Shown here piece by piece: positions 27,630 through 39,535 of a stretch of 64,000 bases of DNA. Source of the stretch: Mobula hypostoma (lineage: Eukaryota); assembly GCF_963921235.1 (NCBI RefSeq), contig NC_086107.1:109866001-109930000 (forward strand), written 5' to 3'. The notes beneath the pieces are model-generated. The model made no database searches, was not told where the DNA came from, and worked only from the letters and a program-made list of their open reading frames with translations. The translations under genes and the position numbers were made by a program. Positions within the stretch are counted from its first letter, which is position 1. Each line of letters starts with the position of its first letter.

Positions 27630-28650
27630 AGGAAGTGGCAGGCGCTGGCAGTGTGAGAGGAAGCTAAGCCGTGGGGAGAGAGCTGGGGTACCAGCGAGGC
27701 TGAGAGCTAACCTGACCAGACCGACAGCACCACCACTTTTCCTGGCCAACGGCCACTCACTAGATAACAAAGTGGTCTCACTGGGACTGAGAATGAACAC
27801 ACAGAAAAGGGATGAGAAACTGCTGCATTCTGGCTTTCACCAAAACGTGGCTAAACTACAACATGCCCAACCAGCATTTCAACTTGACGGGATGACTATC
27901 CTGCACAGACAGGAATTCCCTGTCGGGAAAATCCAAAGGAGGTGGAATCTGTGTGTACATTGGTGCACAAACTCATCTGTAGTTAGTAGTCACTGTTCTG
28001 AGGAAATTGAGCACATTACAATCAAATGCAACCATATTACCTGCTCAGGGAGTTTACTGTGTTCATCACTGCTGTCAACATCACCCCCCCCCCCCCACCG
28101 AGTGCAAACACCAAGGGAGAACTTTATAATATCACCAGCTCTCTACAAAACAAGCATCCGGACAATCTCTTCGTAATTGCAGGAGACTTCAATCACGTTA
28201 ACCTGCAGGGAATTTTACCCAATTTCCACCAACATGTCACCATGACCACAAGAGGAACAAACAGACTGGACCATGTTTATACGAACAGACAAAGTACTTA
28301 CAAATCTCTCCCATACCCTCATTTTGGCTTCTCTGACCACATCTCTGTAATGTTAATCCCAGCATACTCACCGCTGCTGAGAAACCAGTCAAGAGGACGG
28401 CCACTCTGTTGTCTAATAAGGCAATCTCTATGCTTCTGGCAGATGTTCAAAAAGGCCACCACAAACGGAAAAGGCACAGACCAAGGAATATGCCTCATCT
28501 GTCACTGGCTAGATGAGTAAGTGTGTAGACATTGGTACCTCAAGAACAACCATCTCACAGCCCAACCAGAAGCCCTGGCTGAATGCTGAGGGGCACTCCT
28601 TACTGGAAGCCCGGGACACAGTCTTCAAGTGCGGTGACAGAACAGCTCTC
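27630..28650 (+). mobile_element. decayed Rex1/Babar-type LINE (APE endonuclease region)
   Basis: FVIAGDFNHVNL...TRGTNRLDHVYTN...FGFSDH motifs. Confidence 0.75.
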
Positions 28651-29059
28651 TGAGCAGCCAGTAATATCATGAAGGATCCTACACACTATGCTCATAGACT
28701 GTTTGTCCCACTCCAATCAGGGAGGCTACATCCACACCAGGACCACCAAACTCCAAAACAGTTCCTTTCCCCAGCAGCAAGACTGATCAACACCTCCACC
28801 CACTGACTCCACCACTACTTTATTATTTCCCGCCAGTCTCCTTATGTACAGCCCAGTGTCACTTTATGGACACACAATCGATGTATACAAGCTATCTTAT
28901 ATATTTATACTTATTGCGTGCTTTTTAAATTACTATTGTGCTCTCTATCTTGTTTTTCTGTGCTGCATCGGATCCAGAGTAACAATTATTTTGTTCTCCT
29001 TTACACTTGTGTACAAGAAATGACATTAAACAATCTTTGTTACAAGCTACACATGAAAA

Positions 29060-29477
29060 CAGAGGATTCCGGTTAACTGGGACACAGAAAATTAAGCGAT
29101 TTTTCCAATAAGATTAAGTTTCATGGAAATAGTTTACAGAGACAAACTACGTTTAACTTCATCAGCGATCCCCGATGAAGTTGGCGGAGCTTGTCATTAA
29201 ATCTGTTATAATTGACACGTGTAGCTGGCTGGAAGCCAGAGAAGAGTTTATTCACTATTTAAAACTCCTTACTCTAAGTACGGTGTAGTGTCTAACGGCC
29301 ACACAAGTGCACACGACTGACGTTAGTTAGAAACTGTTTGACAACTGTCTCCTGTCCCAATTAAGTAGCACAGTGTCCCAAATAAACAAAGGGAATCCTG
29401 GCTATTTTCTCGATTATTTTTTGTTCTTTAAGAGCTGTCCCAAATAACTGGCTTCCCCAATTAACCAGAATCCACTG
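29060..29477 (-). mobile_element. shorter pogo/Tigger-like MITE of the same family
   Basis: Same TIRs; the interior is the reverse complement of about 32110-32340. Confidence 0.75.
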
Positions 29478-32101
29478 CGTCTGGAACTTCGTTAATCCTT
29501 GCCTTGCCACAACTTCCACAATGTCCAGACAGGGATAGCTTACAGATAGTGTGCAGTCAGCCCAGGCTAGTGAGGTCTTTCAAGAAAGGTCTTTGAAGAG
29601 CATGTATATTAGGGGACCCAAGCCGTTTGGTATATCCAGCCAGGTAACATGCACTTTCAGGATCTTGTAACTTCTGCCTGATGGGAGAGGGGAGAAGAAT
29701 GAATGTCTGAGTTGGGTGGGTCTTAGATTATGCTGGTTGCTTTACTGAGGCAGCAAGAAGTGCAGATTTATTGGATATAAATATATTTATTAATCAGATA
29801 TACAAAGTATACAGTGAAAGGCATTTAAAAAATGCTGGTGAACGCAGCAAGCCAGGCAGCATCTATAGGAAGAGGTACAGTCGACGTTTCGGACCGAGAT
29901 TTATACCTCTTCCTCTAGATGCTGCCTGGCCTGCTGCGTTCACCAGCAATTTTTATGTGTGTTGCTTGAAATTCCAGCATCTGGAGATTTCCTCGTGTTA
30001 GTGAAATGCATTGTTTACCTTAAGATACAGAAACCTGAAAGCATGTACTAACAGGCTGAAAGACAGCTTACCAAGACAAGATTATGATGTAAATAAAGGA
30101 TTCTACTTGCTATTGGTCAACTACTTGACTAACGCTGAAGTATTATTGGCCCTTAGCGTGTAGATCCTATTGGCGTTTAATACAAGTATACCGCAGTGTG
30201 ATTGGTGATTCATTATGTAAATGAGAAGTCTGAACCTACACAAAGTTACCAAGCTTTCACTCAACATCAGTAAGACCAAAGAACTGATCATGAACTTCAG
30301 AACGGGTAAGATGAGGGAGCACACACAGCAGTCCTCATAGAGGGATCAGAAGTGGAAAGAGTGTGCAAATTTAAATTCCTGGGTGTCAATACCAGGACCC
30401 AACGTATTGATGCAGCTGCAAAGAAGGCACAACAGCGCCTGTACTTCATTAGGAATTTGAGGAGATTTGGTTTGTCACCTAAAACACTTAAAAACTTCTA
30501 CAGATGTACCGTGGAGAACATTCTGACTGGCTGCATCACCGTCCAGTACTGGGGGCGGAGTGCCATCGCACAGGATTGAAATAAACTGCAGAGAGTTGTA
30601 AAATTAGTCAGATCCATTATGGGTATGAACCTCTGTAGTATCCAGGACCTCTTCAAGAAGCAATACCTACAGACTTCCTACAATTCATGTTTTTTTTCCT
30701 ATTATTATGCTGCAAAGACAACAAGTTTCACAATGTATGCAGGTAACATTATACTGGATTCTGGTCAGTATCTGTGTACAACTGGTCAATTTCAGTATAA
30801 AAATAGCATTTCTTTGTTCAAGCTTTGGAACAGTGTGGGTGACAGGGGCCATGCTGTTTTCCTTGTGCACAAATACAGTAAATAAAGTGCAGCTGAGAAA
30901 CAAGTGCAAGTTTTCAGAGTCCAGTTAATCGCGACGACACCCTATCATTCTCATTCTCATTTAGTTACATTACTGTTACGCCCGCACATAACAAGAATGA
31001 CAACATAGTATGATTAAACAATCTTGCTTGGTCATGTTAGTACAGCACATGCTGGACAACTTACAGTGCAGGAGCAATGAATTGTGCCTATCAAGACAAA
31101 AATACGCAACTCAAAGACCCGCACCCAAAAGAGAGTGAGCCCTCCACGCATAGGAGGTTCAGTCGATTCACTGCATGGTCGCACGTGCACTTGCCACATT
31201 CTCGTAAGCGATCCAATACAGCTCGACTGCCTCTTGCAAACTCTTTTTTCCTTTCAACACTTTCCCCTCATCTGTTTCTAACCTACATGCATAGATTTTC
31301 CAATTCTCCAAAATAAACACGGTATCCACATCCCCATTCTCTTAGACGACAAACGTAAGAGATTCTGCAGATGCTGGAAATCAACGGGAACGCGCACAAA
31401 ATACTGGAAGAACTTAGCAGGTCAAACAGCATATAAGGCAGGGGTTTTCCAACCTTGACTATGCCATGGAGCCTTACGGTTAACCGGGGAAGGGTTCGTG
31501 GCCCCAGGTTAGGAACCCCGATTCTAAGGAGACGGTTCCAAGTCAACTTGCCAGGCCGAGACACTTCATCAGAACTGGAAAGGAATGAGGAAGACATCAG
31601 AATAAAAAAAAGTGAGGGGAGGGGAAGGAGGACCAGCTAGAAGGTGATAGGTGAAACCAGGTGGGTGGGGGACATGGGATGAAGTAAGAAGCAGAGAGGT
31701 GATAGGTGGAAAAAGTAAAGGGATGAAGAATAAATCTGATAGGAGAGGAGAGTGGACCATGGGAAAAAGGAAGGGGCGCATGAAGAGGTGATAGGCAGGT
31801 ACAGGAGAGAAGGGGGAGAGCAGAGTAGGGGTAATGAAGAAGAGGGAAGAAGGGGAAAAATTAAATGACATAATTTTCCACTTTGGGTCTGATATTCTCA
31901 AAAAAAATAAATGATAAGCTAGAGGACGTAGGTAGAGTATTGCTCGACAACTGAGAGGATTAATCCAGCCCATGGGATGGCTGGTGGAACATCAGTAAGT
32001 GATTTATGCGGAAACAGGATATTCACAATGGAATACCGGTGGGGTTGCAACCAGAATTCCACAGATCCCAATTATCCAAAAAAAACACAAAATCACTAGT
32101 A

Positions 32102-32905
32102 CAGTGCATTCCGGTTAACTGGGCCATCATTAATCAGGGAAGCTGCTTATTTGGGAAAAGTCTTAAAGAACACAAACTAATCAAGAAAATAGCCAAGACT
32201 CTGTTTCTTTATTTGGGACACCATACCACTTAATTGGGACAGGAAACTGTTGCTGAACAGTTTCAAACTAGCATCAGTCCCGAGCACTTGCATGGCCGTT
32301 AGATACACGCCATGCTACAAGCAAACAGTTTTTACAATAGCGCCAGTTGCGTGTGTTTGTGTTCAAAAATTAATGATTTTTGTCACTGATAATTGGTGAA
32401 AAATAAGCAGTAGGACAACCCCAAACAGTTCTGCTCACTGCGGCTTCAAGTATTCAGGCTTGGAGATGCCAGAAATGGCCGGGAATGAAAAGCAGACGAG
32501 TTCACTACTTCAACAAGTTAGAAACTCTGAAGAATTGGGAGGTATCAACAATCATGTTAAATGTTACAATGAAAATGAAGATTTGGACGATGCAGTCATC
32601 AAAGCATTGTATGAAGGCAGTCCATTATCTGCACTGGGTGTCTGCGCTGATTTTGTTCATTTACAGACAGAAGAATGCAACATGGATGAATTCAGATGAA
32701 TGCATTTTTTTTTAGTATGGCAATAGTATTGGTAGCATTCTAATTTGTTTGCTATTTCATTCAACTACATAATGTTAGTTTGTTTTTTTTAAAAAAAATA
32801 GCCTTTTAATTATTTCCATTAAATTTCAGCTAATTGGGGTAGTCATTTAATTGGGCCAATATATACTACCGGTCCCGATATGTCCCAATTAACCAGAATC
32901 CACTG
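32102..32905 (+). mobile_element. pogo/Tigger-like (Tc1-mariner) non-autonomous element
   Basis: TIRs CAGTG(C/G)ATTC(C/T)GGTTAA(C/T)TGGG; TA on the left flank; acidic transposase C-terminal remnant at 32460-32699. Confidence 0.75.
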
Positions 32906-34599
32906 TGTGGTCTAGCCAGCCGGTGGTGTAGTGGCATTAGCACTGGACTTTGAGGCGAATGGTCCTGGGTTCGAATCTAGACCCCTCCTTGCATGCTTTC
33001 CATCCATATTGGTTTGAACATTGATCGGGGGACAGCAACTCCCCAAGAGTTAACAGCACTTCCGATCAAGATGACACTAGCAAACAACAATTCCTCAGGC
33101 AACATCGATCTTCCAGATAGCAAATCGTTCCAATTATTTCACTCTTCCTACGTCTTCTGCTTGCTCTTTTTCTCTTGTGTTACGGAAACTACTGGAGCCT
33201 GTGACGTGCAGTTTGAATCTCAATTGAAGAATCCATCCCTGTGCTGTGTCCGGCGAGCTGCCTCGTGAAGATCAGAGACCTGGGGGAGGTTCAAGAGCAC
33301 AAACTGACTCGTGGAAAAGTCTAGAGACGAGGCGTGGGGATGCAAATGACTCCATCTCGAAGCAGTGAGGAAGATTGAAGCATCAAGGTGAACGCAGAGC
33401 AGGTCAGCGATCGCTCCCAGCAGCCGGATCAGCTCCTTCAGACCCGAATCAGCCATCACTCTTTACTGAAGGACTGAGCTCATGCAGCCACTCCCCTCAT
33501 ACGCCGGCAAAAAGACATTTCCCATACTTTGAGATTTATGTGACTATTGCACGGTACTTTACATTGGCTTCCTTCAGTTTTTCAGTGTTTCCTTTCTTGT
33601 GGACGACTGGCGGATGGGTGATCTGTTAATTTGTTGAGTGTAAGATGGGAGGTTGGGGTTTAGTGTGACTGTTTTGTTCTTTTCAGCAAGTGAGGGGGTC
33701 AGGGGTTATTATGTGTAGAGGGATTGTTATTGCGGCCTGTTTTTGCTGTGGGCAAGAGGGGGATTTTGGGGCCTGCGAGTTCTGTTTTTCTTTTTTTGGG
33801 CTGGGGGGGTTGATGTCTTTTCTTTCATCGACACCCATGGTTTTTCTGTATTTCATGACTATCTGGAGAAGTTGATATCAGAGTTGTATCAACATGCATA
33901 CCTTAACAATAAAATTAACCTTTGAAGCAATAGATAAGGAATAGAAAATGACAGTTCAAAACAGAATTGCCCGTTTGGGGAAAAAACAGCAGGGAACGAT
34001 TTCCATCCCATCTCAAAAAGTCACAAGGGACTGAAAGTTCAATTCTAATAGAAAGTGAGGGAGCATTTTTCTACAGACATACCATGGCGAACATTCTAAC
34101 TGGCTACATCAGCATCTGGTATGATGGGGGAGGGGGGGTGCTACTACACACGATTGAAACAAGCTGCAGAGAGTTGTAAACTCATCAGCTCCATCATGAG
34201 TACCAGCCTCTGTAGTATCCAGGAGTGATGCCTCAAAAAGGCAGCGTCCATCATTAAGGACCCCCATCACCCAGGTCATGCCTTGTTCTCAGGAAGGAGG
34301 TACAGGAGCCTGAAGTCACACACTCAACGATTCAGGAACAGCTTCTTCTCCTCTGCCATCTGATTTCTGAATGGACATTGAACCCATGAACACGACCTCA
34401 CTACTTTTTCAATTTCTATTTTTGTACTACTTAAAATAACTATCATATATGCTTACTGTAATTCATAGTTTTTTTTTCCTATCATGTATTGCATTGTACT
34501 ACAACTGCAAAGATTACAAATTTCACGATATATGCCGGGGTGATATTAAACCTGATTCTGATTGAAGGGGCGATGTCTTTCAGATCAAATGCTAGACTG

Positions 34600-35660
34600 T
34601 GGCGGACGCAGATAAATGCCATGGCAAACATTTGAAAGAAAGAGCAGAAGGCGGGAGCTAGTAAGTAGCGAAATCGCAACCCAGCGAAGCACACGAACCC
34701 GGTCTAACCACCATACATCAAAGTTGCTGGTGAACGCAGCAGGCCATTGCCCGGCTAGGTTTCGCGCCGCAAGAGCGCTACAGAAGTACTTCTGTGCTGA
34801 AAGTTACGAGATGTCCAGCGTTTGGTGCCTCTTGACACGGACCGCTCTGAGGGCACTGCCGCCGCTCCGCACAAGGCTGGGATGGTACTGAGAGTAAAGC
34901 CGGGACACTGAGCTCAGATACCCCTGACTACCACCAGCCACACGCCTTAAGCACCATCGTTAAACATAATGGACCCATCATAAACCACCCATCCCCTCCA
35001 TCCTCGGCTGTATTGACCTCCTCCCCCCAGTTCCACCCCTACAAGGAGCCGGGATCATTCCCCAGCTCTACATTCCCCGCCTTTCTCCAAACACCAGCAT
35101 CCCTTAGGCCGGCCGGCTCCCTCACACCCAACACCCAACTCCCGTAACCCCAACCCGACCTGCCACCGCAGGCCGCCGTCGCTCACCCGGTCGGACAACA
35201 GCTCGCCCTCCTCCTGGCACAGCCGGTACAAGAAGGACTTCTCCTCACGGCACAGGGTCTGCCGGGTGGTCAGGAAGTGCGTGCCCCCGACATTGAGCCG
35301 AACCCACTTGTTATTCGGCTCCTTCCCCTCCGCCATCTTCAGCTCCCATCCGCCGCCCCGCCCCCTCACGTCACGCACACCAAGCCCCGCCTCCGGCGTC
35401 GCGCGCTCATCGAGGTCCGCCCACGACGTCGGGAGCGCTCAAAACCCCCGCCCCTCACCGCGAACGTCGGGCCGCCTTGCCCTAAGCTCCGCCCCTCGGC
35501 CCGTCGCACTGTTCTCTGGGAGTTGTAGGTTAACAGGGTGCTGCTGGGTAGTGTAGTTTGCATCCGACCTCGGTCTGCTCCTTGTGTACAACACAAGTCG
35601 GCGACCGTGGCGGCTCCGAGATCCCGCAGCAGGGTCAACCGTTGACATATCATAAAGAAC
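34600..35660 (-). promoter_or_regulatory. CpG island / TATA-less GC-box promoter of KCTD17-like gene
   Basis: High GC and CpG density around exon 1; several GGGCGG boxes on the minus strand (about 35353, 35417, 35446, 35489) and CRE-like TGACGT near 35370. Confidence 0.8.
35187..35336 (-). CDS. KCTD17: KCTD17-like BTB/POZ (T1) protein, coding exon 1
   Basis: ATG in gaagATGG context; encodes [50 protein letters not shown], then a GTGAGC donor (phase 0). CREEKSF...SDR resembles KCTD17 more than KCTD5/KCTD2, and TEX33 is nearby as in human. Confidence 0.9.
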
Positions 35661-35801
35661 TGTAAGTCTTGGAATCACGGGATGGGCCCAAAACCTGTTG
35701 TTCCAGCAGAACCTTGCTGCTTCCACAAGCGCTGTGCGGCCTGCTGTTTCCAGCAATTTTATCTCAGGCTTCCAACATCTGCAGGTTTTTATATATGTTA
35801 C

Positions 35802-36365
35802 CAGACATCTCACCTCCCGGAAGTTCTGGGAGTCTCCTGCATATTGATAGTGGCTCCCTGATGCCCGCAAATTATATACAATATCCTGGAAATCAATTTT
35901 TGTGAGAGCAAGCGAGCGCGAGAGCAAGAGAGAGTGTGCGAGAGAGCAACCACGAGAGAGTGAGAGAGCGACCACAAGAGAGAGAGAGAGAGACAGCAAG
36001 AGAGAGCACACTATGGCAGAGTGTTCCAAAGAAAGAAAATATAAAACGTACGTAACAACAGACTACACTAAAATGTACCCCTGCCTAATAGGGGTCAAAA
36101 ATAATGACAGTGTTGCTCGCTGCACTGTTTGCAACAGTGACTTTTCTATTGCCCATGGTGGGTTAAGACTGTAAAAGACATGTCGAAGTGAGTTTAACAG
36201 GTGTCATTCGATCATTAGCACAGCTAATGTTATTTAAACTAGCTGGCTAGCTGCTAAGGAGCTACTCTATTGCAGACATCCCACCTCTCCCAGAAGTTCT
36301 GGGAGTCTCCCGCAAATCGATGGTGCTACCTCCCTAAAATGAGTTTTTGCAGGGTGGGATGTCTG
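35802..36365 (+). mobile_element. non-autonomous hAT-like element retaining a BED-type zinc-finger exon, copy 1
   Basis: TIRs CAGACATC(T/C)CACC / GGTGGGATGTCTG; flanks TGTTAC/TGTTGC; ATG at 36013, then ...ARCTVCNSDFSIAHGG; GTGAGT donor at about 36188. Confidence 0.8.
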
Positions 36366-37497
36366 TGTTGCAATAATTGAAAGTTAAAAGTTCAAATGTA
36401 TTATCAAAGGTTGTATACAATATACAAACTTGAGATCCATCGTCTTGCAGCACTCACAAAACAAAAACACAATAGAATTCACAATAAACCACACTCAACA
36501 AATGTGACTGCAGCTCGAAGGTGCAAATAACAGACGAGAGAAAATCTACAGATGCTGGAAATCCGACCAACACACACACAATGCTGAAGGAACTCAGCAG
36601 GCCAGGCAGCATCTATGGAAAAAAAGTACAGTCATTGTTTTGGGTCGAAACCCTTAGGCAACACTGATATTTCAGGCCAAAACACTTCAGCAGGACTGAT
36701 ATTTCAGGGCAAAACTCTTTGCCCAAATAGTTTTTGAAAAAGTAAACAAAAACACAAGGAACGTGAACTGCAGAGTCCCTGAGAGTGAGTTCACAGCTGC
36801 AAAGCCTGCTAAGGCAAATGAAGGCAGTTCAGGGACAATGTAATGACTAGCGTACGTAAAAATCTTGTGCTGTGCAATTTTTTTTGCCCAGTGACAACAT
36901 GTGTGCACTGAATAATTTCTTCAATAAAAACAGTATAAATAAGCCAGTTTGAAAATCGGCAGACAAGTCATCACAAACTTCATGTTGTCAACACCGTCCT
37001 CATCAGAAAGCGGAAAAGGAAATGTGATTGTGTACGATTGTGAAACTAAACACGCCAACGAGGTGGAGGGTGACAATCTTTTGTGCACAGTTTAAATCTT
37101 TTTTGTCAGCGCATTACCCAAGACTCCTGCACCTCCCACCCGATGGTAGTAGCAAGAAGAGAAGGAACCAGTCAAACAGGCAGACAGCGCTGAACACCTG
37201 TTCATTTTCCATTCTCTGCTTCGACGATGTTGAATCATGTCTGATGCAGTAATGGAGCCAACTGTGGGTTCGTCTTTCGCCGTCAGCCTCGTTGACCTAC
37301 ACTGTTTCCCCACACAGTCTCCATCCTCCCAGACACTGACAACACACGATCGGCCAGAGCAACTTAGCGGTTCGAGCAGCATCTGTGCGAGGAAGGGAAC
37401 TGTCGATATTTTGGGGGGCAACCCTGCATCTACTCCCAGTTACTATCGATTCCATGGCTTTGTCCCACCTCCCTCTCAATCCACTGGACTGAATTCC

Positions 37498-38561
37498 TAT
37501 AGTGTATTTAATATTTCAGTAATAGTTGAGTAATATTGTAAATATATTGTTTGATTGCAGAGGTATTTACAAGGATGTTGCCTGGATTGGAGAGCATGCC
37601 TTATGAGAATAGATTGAATGAACTCGGACTTTTCTTCTTGGAGCGACGGAGGATGAGAGGTGACCTAATAGAGGTGTATGAGATGATGAGGGGCATTGAT
37701 CAGATGGATAGCCAGAGGCTTTTTGCCAGGGCTGAAATGACTAACTCAAAGGGGCATAGTTTTAAGGTACCTGGAAGTAGGTACAGAGGGGGATGTCAGA
37801 GGAAGGGTTTCTAGAGTAGGTTACATGGTCGGCCCAACATTGTGACTCAAAGGGCCTGTCATGTGCTGTAGATGTCTATAGAAACATAGACATAGAAAAT
37901 AGGTGCAGGAGTAGGCCATTCGGCCCTTCGAGCCTGCACCGCCATTTATTATGATCATGGCTGATCATCCAACTCAGAACCCAGCCTTCCCTCCATACCC
38001 CCTGACCCCTGTAGCCACAAGGGCCATATCTGACTTCCTTTTAAACATAGCTAATGAACTGGCCTCAACAGTTTGCTGTGGCAGAGAATTCCACAGATTC
38101 ACCACTCTCTGATGTTCTATGTTTTTTTATGATTGATTAAGCAGTCTTTGTTTGTTTACATAATTCATTATGGGGAGGGAGGGAACGTCAACTCAGACCA
38201 TGAGAGGCCCGCGTCGGGCATTTTCATGCCTTACAAGGTGCAGATTGGAAGTCTGTGTGGGGCGCCACTCCTCGCACAGATAGTAGGGCAATGTGTGGTT
38301 AAGTGCCTTGCTCAAGGGCATAAACACACTGCCACAGCTGAGGCTCGAACGAGCAACCTTGAGATAACTAGACGACCGCCTTAACCACTTGGCCACGTGC
38401 CCAAATTCATTATGGGTTATATGTAAAAGTACGTGAATGGCGTACGTCATTACGTCACCAAGTCATATGTGAGCGCCTCACTAAAGAAAAAGTAAGTAGA
38501 CATGTTATCCCACCTCCTGTGTTTTTCTTTTGATTAGTTTCTGGAGTTACAAAACATGACA
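37498..38561 (+). mobile_element. solo LTR (about 250 bp net) with nested CR1 and SINE insertions
   Basis: T(A)...CA termini (the expected 5' TG reads TA); 5-bp TSD ATTCC at 37493-37497 and 38562-38566; the AT-rich pieces rejoin once the inserts are removed. Confidence 0.55.
38175..38403 (-). mobile_element. tRNA-derived SINE with the same head but a different 3' tail
   Basis: A/B boxes and central domain as in 21445; perfect 13-bp TSD AATTCATTATGGG (38162-38174, 38404-38416). Confidence 0.88.
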
Positions 38562-38884
38562 ATTCCATTTGCCACTTTTCTGCCCAGCTAACCAGACCAT
38601 AAGACACAGGAACAGAATTAGGCAATTCAGCCAATAGTTGCTGCTCCACCATTTGACTGTGGTTGATTTACTATCACTCTCAACCCCATTCTTCTGCCTT
38701 CACCCCTTAACCTCTGATGCCCTGACTTATCAGGAACCTATCAATCTCTGCTTTAAATATATCTAATGACTTGGCCTCCCTGGCTATCTGCGGCTACGAG
38801 TTCCAAAGGTTTGCCACCCCCGGCTAAAGAAATTCCTCCTCGTCTAAAGGGACGTCCTTCTATTCTGAGGCTATGCGCTCTGGT

Positions 38885-39535
38885 TTTAGTCATAGTCATA
38901 GTCATACTTTATTGATCACGGGGGAAATTGGTTTTCGTTACAGTTGCACCATAAATAATTAAATAGTAATAAAACCATAAATAGTTAAATAGTAATATGT
39001 AAATTATGCCAGGAAATAAGTCCAGGACCAGCCTATTGGCTCAGGGTGTCTGACCCTCCAAGGGAGGAGTTGTAAAGTTTGATGGCCACAGGCAGGAATG
39101 ACTTCCTGTGACACTCTGTGCTGCATCTCGGAGGAATGAGTCTCTGGCTGAATGTACTCCTGTGCCCACCCAGTACATTATGTAGTGGATGGGAGACATT
39201 GTCCAAGATGGCATGCAACTTAGACAGCATCCCCTTTTCAGACACCACCGTCAGAGAGTCCAGTTGCATCCCCACAACATCACTGGCCTTACGAACGAGT
39301 TTGTTGATTCTGCTGGTGTCTGCTACCCTCAGCCTGCTGCCCCAACACACATCAGCAAACATGATCGCACTGGCCACCACAGACTCGTAGAACATCCTCA
39401 GCATCGTCCGGCAGATGTTAAAGGACCTCAGTCTCCTCAGGAAATAGAGACGGCTCTGACCCTTCTTGTAGACAGCCTCAGTGTTCTTTGACCAGTCCAG
39501 TTTATTGTCAATTCATATCCCCAGGTATTTGTAAT
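38885..39535 (-). mobile_element. Rex1/Babar-type LINE 3' fragment
   Basis: MLRMFYESVVASAIMF..CWGS...SHPLH...RKSFLPVAIKLYN; AATAAA followed by a (ATGACT)n tail. Confidence 0.85.

Noticed and set aside
35337..35378. N-terminal extension [14 protein letters not shown] of KCTD17 from the ORF track
   Set aside because: It starts at a non-ATG codon. The ATG at 35336 has a strong Kozak context.
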